This document shows, piece by piece, positions 1 to 8,335 of a stretch of 64,000 nucleotides of DNA. The first letter of the stretch is position 1. Every line of letters begins with the position of its first letter. The notes below the pieces were generated by a model. The model was not told the origin of the DNA. It was given only the letters and a program-made list of their open reading frames with translations, and did not search any database. Position numbers and translations under genes: made by a program. Source of the stretch: an uncultured Gemmatimonadales bacterium (GTDB lineage: Bacteria > Gemmatimonadota > Gemmatimonadetes > Gemmatimonadales > GWC2-71-9); the NCBI GenBank assembly GCA_963771275.1, contig CAVYSW010000003.1:992001-1056000 (forward strand). The letters are read 5' to 3'.

Positions 1-1
1 C

Positions 2-217
2 GGCACGATCGCGCGCAACGACGCCGGCCGGTTTCGCATCACGGACCTCAAGGTGATCCTCTCGCCCGCCGTCGCGCACGCGGACCGCGAGCGGATCCAC
101 CGCTGCGTGACGCTGTTCGAGGATTTCTGCATCGTCACCGCCTCGGTGCGCCAGGGAATCCCGGTCCACGTGGAGGTGGCGCCGACCGAGGCCCAACGGG
201 ACGCGGGGGCTGCGTGA
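2..217 (+). CDS. OsmC-family protein, C-terminal part (truncated by window edge)
   Basis: Frame 2 reads ...RIHRCVTLFEDFCIVTASVRQGIPVHVEV...*; stop overlaps next GTG start (GTGA). Confidence 0.75.
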   Translation, partial: GTIARNDAGRFRITDLKVILSPAVAHADRERIHRCVTLFEDFCIVTASVRQGIPVHVEVAPTEAQRDAGAA

Positions 218-1146
218 CGGAGCGCTCGGGGCGCCCCGTAGTCGTCGGCGTCGATGCCTCGCCCGCCGCGCGTGACGCGGCGCGCATGGGATGGGCGTTG
301 GCGCAGGCGACCGGTGCCACGTGCCGGCTGGTGCACGCGACCCCGGAAGCCTGGACGGTGCCCACGGTCCCGCACAGCTTCGCGGCGCAGCCGGACGCCG
401 TGAACGAGGCCAGCCGGCAGGCGGCGCGTGCCCTCGTGCTCGAAGTGCTCGCCGGCAACGTCCCGGACCACCTGGTGGCCGAGCTGGAGGTGCGCACCGG
501 CCGCGCAGCGGCGGCACTGCGGGACGCGGCCGCCGAGCTCGCCGCCGAAGTTGTCGTCCTGGGCGGCAAGCACCACTCCGTGCTCGGCCGGTGGGTGGTC
601 GGCAGCACCGCGCATACGCTCGTCCGCAGCCTCGACCTGCCGCTCCTGGTCACGGCGCATACGCCGCTTCCCGTCTTGCAGGTCGTGGCGGCGATCGATC
701 TCTCCGACGCGGCGGCGCCCACGATCCGCGCCGCCGAGCGCTATGCGGGGCTGTTCGGTGCCGCGCTGCACGTGCTGCACGTGGTGGAGCCGCTCCCGCT
801 GGTGCCCGACGCTCCGCTGCACTTCAACGACGAGGAGGTGTACCGGCGCTCGATCGAGCACCTGGAGCAGTACGTCTGGCCGCTCGTGACCTATCCCGGA
901 GCGACCACGGGGGTAACCCGCGGCCCGGCCCGGGACGGTATCGCGGCCGAGGTGGCCGCGCGGGAGGCCCAGCTCGTCGTGCTCGGCTCGCACGGCAAGG
1001 GCTGGGCGGACCGCATTCTGATTGGCAGCGTGACGGAGCGCGTGCTCGACATGCCCCCCTGCTCGATGCTGATCGTCCCCGTCCCCGGTCCGGTAGGCCA
1101 CCGGAAGGCGCGGGACAAGCGAGCGGACCATGGACCGGTTCTTTAG
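214..1146 (+). CDS. Tandem-domain universal stress protein
   Basis: Two USP domains: VVVGVDAS...VVVLGGKHHS...GSTA and VAAIDLS...LVVLGSHG...GSVTERVL. Confidence 0.9.
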   Translation: MTERSGRPVVVGVDASPAARDAARMGWALAQATGATCRLVHATPEAWTVPTVPHSFAAQPDAVNEASRQAARALVLEVLAGNVPDHLVAELEVRTGRAAAALRDAAAELAAEVVVLGGKHHSVLGRWVVGSTAHTLVRSLDLPLLVTAHTPLPVLQVVAAIDLSDAAAPTIRAAERYAGLFGAALHVLHVVEPLPLVPDAPLHFNDEEVYRRSIEHLEQYVWPLVTYPGATTGVTRGPARDGIAAEVAAREAQLVVLGSHGKGWADRILIGSVTERVLDMPPCSMLIVPVPGPVGHRKARDKRADHGPVL

Positions 1147-1220
1147 TCAGGGGTGGTCTTTAGGTTCTTCATTAACCAGCCCCTAGCTTCGAACCGTACC
1201 CGCAAGTAGTTTCATGGCAT

Positions 1221-2456
1221 ATGGTTGCGCGCCGGTCTCCAGCGGCAGACGCCGACCGACTCAAGCGGTTGGTTCAGGCGGGAATTCGCGTGACCGCCGA
1301 GCGCTCGCTCGATGCGGTGCTCCAGACCGTGGCGGACAGCGCGCGGGAGTTGACCGACGCGCGCTACGCGGCGTTGGGCGTGCTCGACCTCACTGGCACC
1401 GAGCTGAGCCGCTTCGTCACCAGTGGCATGCCCGCGGAGCAAGCGCGGCTGATCGGTGCGCCGCCCACCGGCAAGGGCGTGCTCGGCCTGCTCATCGGCC
1501 GACCCCGGCCGCTGCGGATCGAAGACCTCACCACGCATCCCCAGGCCCACGGCTTTCCGCCCGGGCACCCGCCGATGACGTCCTTCCTCGGCGTGCCGAT
1601 CATGGGCCGCAAGGGCCCGATCGGGAACCTCTACCTCACGGACAAGGCCTCGGCCAAGGGCTTCACCGCGGAGGACGAGACGATCGTGACGCTGCTCGCC
1701 GCGCAGGCGGCGGTCGCCCTCGAGAACGCGTCGTTGTACGAGGACAGCCAGCGGCTGATTCACGAAGTGAAGGCGATGCAGGCGGCGCGCGACCGGTTCT
1801 TCGCGATGATCAATCACGAGCTGCGGAACGCGCTCACTGCCGTGTACGGCTGGGCGGACCTGCTGCTCCGCAAGCTCGGGCCCGATGCGCCGCGCTCGGC
1901 CCGGGAGGTGTACGAGTCGGCCGAGCGGACGCTCGCCCTGCTGAACGACCTGCTCGACCTGAGCCGGCTCGAGGCGGAGCGGCTGCGTCCCGTGGTGCGC
2001 AGCACCGACGCCGGCACGCTGATGGAGGATGCGATCGCCGCGCTCGAGCCGTCGGCCGAGAAGCGCGCGATCCGCATCGAGACCGTCGGGGTGACCGACA
2101 TCGTCGCCTGCCAGACCGACCCCCAGCGGGTACGGCAGATCCTGATCAACCTGCTCAGCAACGCCGTGCGTCATAGCCCCGCCGCGGGGGTGGTCACCGT
2201 GGCGCTGCGAGCCGATGACCGGCGCCTGCGGTTCGATGTGATCGACCGGGGCCCGGGGATCCCGGCTGCCGAGCAGGCCCTGATCTTCGAAGCGTTCGCC
2301 CGCGCGGGGACGTCGGACGAGCGTGGGACCGGCCTGGGACTCACCCTCTCGCGTCAGCTCGCGCTCCTCCTGGGCGGCGATCTCCGTGTCATCAGCGAAG
2401 TTGGGACCGGCGCGACGTTCACGCTCGACATCCCTCGCTGGTACGGAACGAGTTAA
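1221..2456 (+). CDS. GAF-domain sensor histidine kinase (DosS/DevS-like GAF plus HisKA/HATPase)
   Basis: GAF motif GKGVLGLLI...HPQAHGFPPGHPPMTSFLGVPI; H-box NHELRNAL; N-box NLLSNA; G-boxes DRGPGI and GTGLGL. Confidence 0.9.
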   Translation: MVARRSPAADADRLKRLVQAGIRVTAERSLDAVLQTVADSARELTDARYAALGVLDLTGTELSRFVTSGMPAEQARLIGAPPTGKGVLGLLIGRPRPLRIEDLTTHPQAHGFPPGHPPMTSFLGVPIMGRKGPIGNLYLTDKASAKGFTAEDETIVTLLAAQAAVALENASLYEDSQRLIHEVKAMQAARDRFFAMINHELRNALTAVYGWADLLLRKLGPDAPRSAREVYESAERTLALLNDLLDLSRLEAERLRPVVRSTDAGTLMEDAIAALEPSAEKRAIRIETVGVTDIVACQTDPQRVRQILINLLSNAVRHSPAAGVVTVALRADDRRLRFDVIDRGPGIPAAEQALIFEAFARAGTSDERGTGLGLTLSRQLALLLGGDLRVISEVGTGATFTLDIPRWYGTS

Positions 2457-2515
2457 AGATCGTTTCACGGAACGTTTAAAGTCGGATCACCGAAGCCATC
2501 TACCTTAAGGAAACG

Positions 2516-3208
2516 ATGCGGATTCTCGTCGTGGAGGACGATCGTAAGGTCGCCGGCTTCATTGAAATGGGGCTGCGGGAGGAAGGCTACGCCGTCGATC
2601 TGGCGCGCGACGGCGACGAGGCCATCGTCCTGGCCCACGTGAACGACTACGACGCGATCCTGCTCGACTTGATGCTCCCCAAGAAGAACGGCCTCCAAGT
2701 CGCGGCCGAGCTGCGTCGCGAGGGTCGCACGACCCCGATCCTCATGCTCACCGCGCGTGATGCCACGGAAGACGTGGTGCGCGGGCTGGACGCGGGCGCC
2801 GACGACTATCTCGCGAAGCCGTTCAAGTTCGACGAGCTGCTGGCCCGTCTGCGGGCGCTGGTGCGCCGCGGCGGGGCGACGCGGGTCGAGCGTCTGACCG
2901 CCGGCCCGCTCGAGCTCGACCGCCTGAAACACCAGGCGTACGCCGGGGGCAAGGCGCTCGACCTCACGCCCCGGGAGTTCCAGCTGCTCGAGCATTTCAT
3001 GATGCACAAGGACGACGTCGTCCGCCGCACCGAGTTGCTCGAGAAGGTCTGGGACATGCACTTCGACCCCGAGAGCAACGTGGTGGACGTGCATGTGGGC
3101 AACTTGCGGCGCAAGCTCCGCGAAGCCGGGTTCGAGGACCTCATCAAGACCGTGCGCGGTGTGGGGTTCCGACTGAACGGCTCCGGTACGACGAGTCCCG
3201 CCTCCTGA
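2516..3208 (+). CDS. OmpR/PhoB-family response regulator
   Basis: MRILVVEDD, LLDLMLP, GADDYLAKPF, winged-helix end VVDVHVGNLRRK...TVRGVGF; AAGGA RBS. Confidence 0.93.
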   Translation: MRILVVEDDRKVAGFIEMGLREEGYAVDLARDGDEAIVLAHVNDYDAILLDLMLPKKNGLQVAAELRREGRTTPILMLTARDATEDVVRGLDAGADDYLAKPFKFDELLARLRALVRRGGATRVERLTAGPLELDRLKHQAYAGGKALDLTPREFQLLEHFMMHKDDVVRRTELLEKVWDMHFDPESNVVDVHVGNLRRKLREAGFEDLIKTVRGVGFRLNGSGTTSPAS

Positions 3209-3215
3209 GCAGCTG

Positions 3216-4616
3216 ATGCAGTCCCTGCGCCGCACGCTCTCCGTGCGGTTTTCGCTCACCATGTTCGCCGCACTCCTGGTGATCGCCCTGTGGGCGTACC
3301 TGGGAGCGCGGCGCGTGCTGCGGGAGGAGCTCGACCGCGGCCTGGCGGCGTCCGCCCACCTCGAGTCCGCGGTGCTCGCCGCCGGCTACCGCATCCCGCC
3401 GCTCTCGAGCCAGCGCGACTCCGAGGAGTTCGTGGAGGCGGTGAACCGCTACGTCGTGGTGCGCGACGCCGCGGGACGGGTGCTCGCCACCAACACGCCG
3501 CTCGCCGCCGGCCTGCCGTACGACCCGGCGAAGCTCGCCATCGCCGTGCAGGGAGGCACGGCCTGGGAGACGGCGACCTGGGGACCGGGCAGCGTGCGCT
3601 CCGTGTATCTCGGGGTCGCGCACGAGCGGGCGGGCGATGCCCGGGTAGTTCAGGTGAGCGCGTCGCTCGCGCCGATCGACACCGAGCGCCGCCAGATGCT
3701 GCTGCTCATGCTGGGCACGGTCGTGCTCGGCACCGTCGCGGCGATGCTGGGCGGGGGGTGGCTGGCGCGCTCGGCGGTGGCTCCCGTGGCCGAGATCGCC
3801 GCCCAGACGAACGCCGTCGCGGCGGGGGCGGTGGGGCAGCGCATCACGGCGCATGCGGAAGTGGAGGAGTTCAACGGGCTCGTCGCCGTGCTGAACCGCA
3901 TGCTCGAGCGGCTCGACCGTGGCCTGCTGGCCCAGCGACGGATCATCGCGGACGTGGGCCACGACCTCCGCACTCCGCTCACGGCCATGCGCGGCGAGGC
4001 CGAGGTGGCGCTGCGCAACCCGCGCTCGCCGGAGCAGTATCAGCGGATCCTCGCCAGCCTGCTCGAGGAGATCGACCACCTCGGCACGATCAGCGACACG
4101 CTGCTGCTGCTCGCGCGCATCGAGGCGGGCGACCTCGCGCTGCACTGCCTGGACACCGACGTGGGCGACCTCGTGACGCGCGCCGTCCAGCGGGTACGCC
4201 AGCGGGCGACCGATCATCCCTTCACCTACGCACCCACCACCGACGGCCTCGGGTCGGCGGCGCTCGACGGGCGGATGGTCTCGCTCGTGCTCGACCACCT
4301 GCTGGACAACGCGGTGCGGCACACGCCGCCCGGCACCCCGGTCACCGTGTCCGTGCAGGCCGACGCCGATGCGGCCAGTGTCACCGTGGAGGACGCGGGA
4401 CCGGGCGTTTCGGATGACATCCTGCCGCACCTCTTCGAGCGGTTCTACCGGGGCGACGCCGCGCGCGGGCGGGGCGCCGGGGCGGGCCTCGGTCTCACCG
4501 TGGCCGCCGCGATCGTGCACGCGCACAGCGGCACGATCTCCGCCAGCCGGGCCGAGAGCGGCGGGCTCCGGGTGACCGTCCGCCTGCCGCGCTGCGACGG
4601 GCCGGGGACGGCCTGA
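3216..4616 (+). CDS. Membrane-bound HAMP sensor histidine kinase
   Basis: Two TM helices, HAMP, H-box GHDLRTPLT, LDNAVRH, FERFYRGD, GAGLGL. Confidence 0.92.
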   Translation: MQSLRRTLSVRFSLTMFAALLVIALWAYLGARRVLREELDRGLAASAHLESAVLAAGYRIPPLSSQRDSEEFVEAVNRYVVVRDAAGRVLATNTPLAAGLPYDPAKLAIAVQGGTAWETATWGPGSVRSVYLGVAHERAGDARVVQVSASLAPIDTERRQMLLLMLGTVVLGTVAAMLGGGWLARSAVAPVAEIAAQTNAVAAGAVGQRITAHAEVEEFNGLVAVLNRMLERLDRGLLAQRRIIADVGHDLRTPLTAMRGEAEVALRNPRSPEQYQRILASLLEEIDHLGTISDTLLLLARIEAGDLALHCLDTDVGDLVTRAVQRVRQRATDHPFTYAPTTDGLGSAALDGRMVSLVLDHLLDNAVRHTPPGTPVTVSVQADADAASVTVEDAGPGVSDDILPHLFERFYRGDAARGRGAGAGLGLTVAAAIVHAHSGTISASRAESGGLRVTVRLPRCDGPGTA

Positions 4617-4623
4617 GCCCAGT

Positions 4624-4661
4624 CTTACCACTTTTTCACGGGCCCTTACTGAGGATTTCAC
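4624..4661 (+). promoter_or_regulatory. Phased YTYAC direct-repeat array, putative OmpR-family binding site
   Basis: CTTAC 4624, TTCAC 4635, CTTAC 4645, TTCAC 4657 (10-12 bp period) upstream of the cytochrome-porin cluster. Confidence 0.5.
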
Positions 4662-4707
4662 CCGGCCCGCATGAACTTGCGGGTCGACGCAGGCATTCGG
4701 AGTCCGC

Positions 4708-4935
4708 ATGGCCAGGAACGTGAGCTCGCTTGACGCGTGCATCCGCGGCATCGTCGCCGTGGGTCTCGTCGTGTTCGGCGTGGCCTCTCACGGGACCGAG
4801 ATCCTCTCGTTCGGCGCCGTGCTCGTGGGCATCGTCCTGATGGCCACGGCGCTCACGCGCGAGTGCCCGTTCTATCGCGCCTTCCGCCTCCACACCCAGC
4901 GCCCGGGCACGGCCCCGGGATCCCGCCGGGACTGA
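4708..4935 (+). CDS. DUF2892/YgaP-like small membrane protein
   Basis: RNVSSLDACIR, two TM helices, TALTRECPFY signature. Confidence 0.8.
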   Translation: MARNVSSLDACIRGIVAVGLVVFGVASHGTEILSFGAVLVGIVLMATALTRECPFYRAFRLHTQRPGTAPGSRRD

Positions 4936-4961
4936 GCCCGGCTTTCTCGCAAGGAGCCCTC

Positions 4962-6161
4962 ATGCGGACAGTGCTCATCACTGCCCTGGCCGCGGCCTCG
5001 CTCGCCGCCGCCGCGACCCCGGCACAGGCGATCCCCGCGTTCGCGCGCAAGTACGCCGTGAGCTGCAACCTGTGCCACAACCCGATCCCGCGACTGACCG
5101 CGTTCGGGCAGAGCTTCGCCGCGAACGGGTACCGCATGGCCTCGCAGGAGCCGGCGCGCGACACGGTCGATACCGGAGATCCGCTCCTCACCCTCCTGCG
5201 CAGCACGCCCATCGCCCTGCGCCTCGACGCGTACGCCCAGGCCTATACCGAGGGCAACGCGGTAACCGACTTCGCAACGCCGTACGGGTTGAAGCTGCTC
5301 TCGGGCGGCGCGATCTCGTCGCAGCTCTCCTACTACCTCTATTTCTTCCTGCTCGAGCGGGGCGAGATCGGCGGGATCGAGGACGCCTTCGTCTCCGTGA
5401 ACGACATCGGCAACATCCCGCTCGACCTCACGGTCGGCCAGTTCCAGGTATCGGACCCGATCTTCAAGCGCGAGCTGCGCCTCGAGATCGACGACTACGC
5501 GATGTACCGCGTCCACGTGGGCGCCGAGCCCACCGACCTGACGTACGACCGCGGACTACTGGGATCGGTGGACGTCGCGGGCTTCACGCTCAGCGCCGAA
5601 GTGATCAACGGCACGGGGAAACAGCCCGCGCAGGCGAACATGCGGTTCGACAACGACAACTTCAAGAACCTGTTCGGCCACCTGCGCCGCGCGATCACGC
5701 CCAGCGTCCAGCTCGGCGCCATGGGCTACTACGGCAAGACGCGCGGCACCACCGAAGGCTCTCGGGACACGATCGTCAACCGGGTGTGGATGGTGGGCGG
5801 CGACCTCACCGTCCGGGCGGGGCCCGTGGAGCTCAACGCGCAGGTGATTCACCGCGAGGACGACGCGCCGCTGTTCACCGCCGGGGACTCGACCGTGACC
5901 ACCAACGGCGGGTTCGCGGAGCTCGTCGTGACCCCGCCGCGGAGCCGCTGGTACGGCTACGCGCTGTACAACTACATTGACGCGAGCGCGCCGCTGCTCG
6001 ACGTCGGGCTCGGCGGCCCCGCCGCCCTCAAGCGCTACCAGACGGCGGCGAGCGGTCTGGGGTACCTGATGCGCCGCAACGTCCGGGTTTACGGCGAGGC
6101 AACCTACGACATCGAGCAGAAGAACGGGAGATTCAGCCTCGGGTTGACGGCCGGATTCTGA
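4962..6161 (+). CDS. Cyc2-like fused monoheme cytochrome c-outer membrane porin
   Basis: Signal peptide (AQA), IPAFARKYAVSCNLCH...PRLTAFGQSFAANGY (single CxxCH), amphipathic beta-strand C-terminus ending in F; AAGGAG RBS before ATG 4962. Confidence 0.8.
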   Translation: MRTVLITALAAASLAAAATPAQAIPAFARKYAVSCNLCHNPIPRLTAFGQSFAANGYRMASQEPARDTVDTGDPLLTLLRSTPIALRLDAYAQAYTEGNAVTDFATPYGLKLLSGGAISSQLSYYLYFFLLERGEIGGIEDAFVSVNDIGNIPLDLTVGQFQVSDPIFKRELRLEIDDYAMYRVHVGAEPTDLTYDRGLLGSVDVAGFTLSAEVINGTGKQPAQANMRFDNDNFKNLFGHLRRAITPSVQLGAMGYYGKTRGTTEGSRDTIVNRVWMVGGDLTVRAGPVELNAQVIHREDDAPLFTAGDSTVTTNGGFAELVVTPPRSRWYGYALYNYIDASAPLLDVGLGGPAALKRYQTAASGLGYLMRRNVRVYGEATYDIEQKNGRFSLGLTAGF

Positions 6162-6192
6162 CCGGCAGCAGCCACCCTGCCGGCGTCTTTCC

Positions 6193-6223
6193 AACGGGAT
6201 GGCCTCCGCGAGGCCATCCCGTT
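6193..6223 (+). terminator. Intergenic 14-bp stem-loop (terminator or mRNA-stabilising element)
   Basis: AACGGGATGGCCTC-cgc-GAGGCCATCCCGTT perfect inverted repeat. Confidence 0.65.
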
Positions 6224-6280
6224 ACATCTTCATGTTCCTGGCCGGGTGTGCCCGGCCGTTCAACCCACTCCGAGGTGATC

Positions 6281-6670
6281 ATGCGCTCGCTGGTATTCGT
6301 TCTCGTGGCCGCGCTCGCGGTACCCGTTGCCGCCGCGGCACAGGCAAAGGACTCGCTGCCGCCGGGTGTGACGTCCGCGATGCTCAAGGAAGGGAAGACG
6401 CTGTTCGCCGGCGCGGGCATCTGCGCGGCCTGCCACGGCACGGACGCCAAGGGCATGCCGGGGATGGGGGCGAATCTCACGGACAACAAGTGGCTGCACA
6501 GCGACGGCTCGTACGACGCGATCGTGAAGCAGATCATGACCGGCGTCTCCTCCAGCGAGTCCTCGTCGGGGGCCGCGATGCCGCCGAAGGGCGGCAGCGC
6601 GCTGACCGACGCGCAGGTGAAGGCGGTTGCCGCCTACGTGTGGAGCCTCAGCCACCCCGGGACGAAGTAA
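6281..6670 (+). CDS. Periplasmic monoheme c-type cytochrome (class I, CcoP-like domain)
   Basis: Signal peptide AAA-QA, CAACH, GANLTDNKWLH, distal Met in AAMPPKG; GAGGTG RBS. Confidence 0.88.
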   Translation: MRSLVFVLVAALAVPVAAAAQAKDSLPPGVTSAMLKEGKTLFAGAGICAACHGTDAKGMPGMGANLTDNKWLHSDGSYDAIVKQIMTGVSSSESSSGAAMPPKGGSALTDAQVKAVAAYVWSLSHPGTK

Positions 6671-6673
6671 CGC

Positions 6674-7780
6674 ATGATGGACGCCCGGCGGCGGCGCGTC
6701 GCGCTCACCGCGGCGCTGCTCGCCGTCTGCGCCCGACCCGCCGCGGCGCAGATCCAGCTGCCCGAAGGTGTCTCCGTGCGGCTGTCCGCGCTGCTGGAGA
6801 CCCAGTTCAACACGACATCGGTGGACTCCGCCGCCGGCGCGGCCGTGCCCGCGAGCGAGTTCGCGATCCGGCGGGCGCGCGTCACCTTCGACCTGAAGGT
6901 CGGTGACTTCCTCTCGGCGCGCTTCGAGCCCGATTACAACATCTACTCGAGCAGCACGGGCGCGGGGACCTTCTCCCTCCGCGACGGTTGGGTGCGGGCG
7001 ACGTTCGGTCCCGCGCTGCGGGCGACGCTGGGGCAGTTCAAGCGCCCGTTCGATCTCTTCCAGCTCACCGCCGCGAGTCAGCTGCTGGTGATCGAGCGCA
7101 CCGGAGCCGTGCGGGGCACGGCGTGCGGGGCGCTGCCGTCGGTGTGCTCGTTCAGCACCCTCACCGCGGGCCTGCTCTACGCCGACCGGGACGTCGGCGT
7201 CATGCTGGACGGCGAAGTGGTCGCCGGGCGAATCCGCTACGCCGCCGCGCTCACCAACGGCCGGCCGCCCAACCAGCGGGAGAACAGCAGCAACAAGTCA
7301 TACACCGGCCGAGTGTCGGTCCGCCCGGCGAAGGACGTCCTGCTGAGCGCGAACGCCGCCTACAAGGACTACGCGCACCCGACGAGTGGCGCGCAGACGT
7401 TCGCCACGGCGTGGGGCGCCGATGTTGAGCTCGGCAGCTACACTCGCGGACTGCACGTGCAGGCGGGGCTCGTGGGGGGCGACGACTGGCTGGTGGCAGC
7501 CGGTCCCCAGGACGTCGCACGGTTCTTCGCGATGCAGGCGATCGTGACGTACAAGGCGCCGGTGCGCCACAAGCGGATCACGAGCATCGAGCCGGTCGTC
7601 CGAGCGAGTTGGGCCGACCCGGACACCGACACGGCCGGCGACGACGGCTGGCTGCTCACCCCCGGGCTCAACGTGTATCTTGGGGGCCGGAACGTGCTGC
7701 TCACCGACGTCGACGTGTGGACCCCACATGTGGGGGCAACGCAGTATTCACTCAAGACGCAGTGGAATTTCTACTTCTAA
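6674..7780 (+). CDS. Outer membrane porin (OprO/OprP-like)
   Basis: Signal peptide, FAIRRAR, LRDGWV, LGQFKRPF, DRDVGVML motifs; C-terminal QWNFYF. Confidence 0.8.
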   Translation: MMDARRRRVALTAALLAVCARPAAAQIQLPEGVSVRLSALLETQFNTTSVDSAAGAAVPASEFAIRRARVTFDLKVGDFLSARFEPDYNIYSSSTGAGTFSLRDGWVRATFGPALRATLGQFKRPFDLFQLTAASQLLVIERTGAVRGTACGALPSVCSFSTLTAGLLYADRDVGVMLDGEVVAGRIRYAAALTNGRPPNQRENSSNKSYTGRVSVRPAKDVLLSANAAYKDYAHPTSGAQTFATAWGADVELGSYTRGLHVQAGLVGGDDWLVAAGPQDVARFFAMQAIVTYKAPVRHKRITSIEPVVRASWADPDTDTAGDDGWLLTPGLNVYLGGRNVLLTDVDVWTPHVGATQYSLKTQWNFYF

Positions 7781-7802
7781 CCTTCAGACGAGGCGACACA
7801 TC

Positions 7803-8252
7803 ATGAGTAGGCGCAGTCTTGCGGCATCGTCGGTCCTGCTCGCACTCGCGTTCAGTGCGTGCAAGGGTGGGGAGAAGGCTCAGGAGCAGCAGGCGGCTCC
7901 GGAAGCGGCGGCGCCATCACAGACCGCGGCCATCCCCGCCGGCGAGCTTCCGCCCGGCGTCACCCAGGCCTTGGTGGACGAGGGCAACACGCTGTTCCAC
8001 GGGGCCGGGCTCTGCGCGACGTGTCACGGCGCCGACGGCAAGGGCGTACCGGGACTCGGCGCCAATCTCACCGACAGCACGTGGCTCCACAGCGATGGCT
8101 CGTACGACGCCATCGTGAAGCAGGTCATCGAGGGCGTGCCGGCGAACGTCTCCACCTCGGGGGCCGCGATGCCGGCCAAGGGTGGCTCGAGCCTCACGGA
8201 CGACCAGGTCAAGGCGGTCGCCTCGTACGTCTGGAGCCTGAGCAAGAAGTAG
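7803..8252 (+). CDS. Lipoprotein monoheme c-type cytochrome, paralog of 6281..6670
   Basis: Lipobox AFSAC, Ala/Pro/Gln linker, CATCH, GANLTDSTWLHSDGSYDAIVKQ, AAMPAKG. Confidence 0.88.
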   Translation: MSRRSLAASSVLLALAFSACKGGEKAQEQQAAPEAAAPSQTAAIPAGELPPGVTQALVDEGNTLFHGAGLCATCHGADGKGVPGLGANLTDSTWLHSDGSYDAIVKQVIEGVPANVSTSGAAMPAKGGSSLTDDQVKAVASYVWSLSKK

Positions 8253-8273
8253 CCGTCGCCACAGCGGTCGGGC

Positions 8274-8300
8274 CGGCCGGTTGCCGCAGCGAACCGGCCG
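8274..8300. terminator. Hairpin between convergent genes
   Basis: CGGCCGGTT...AACCGGCCG inverted repeat. Confidence 0.5.
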
Positions 8301-8335
8301 ACCCTCACCGTGCGACGTGCCCGGAGCGCGCAGCG

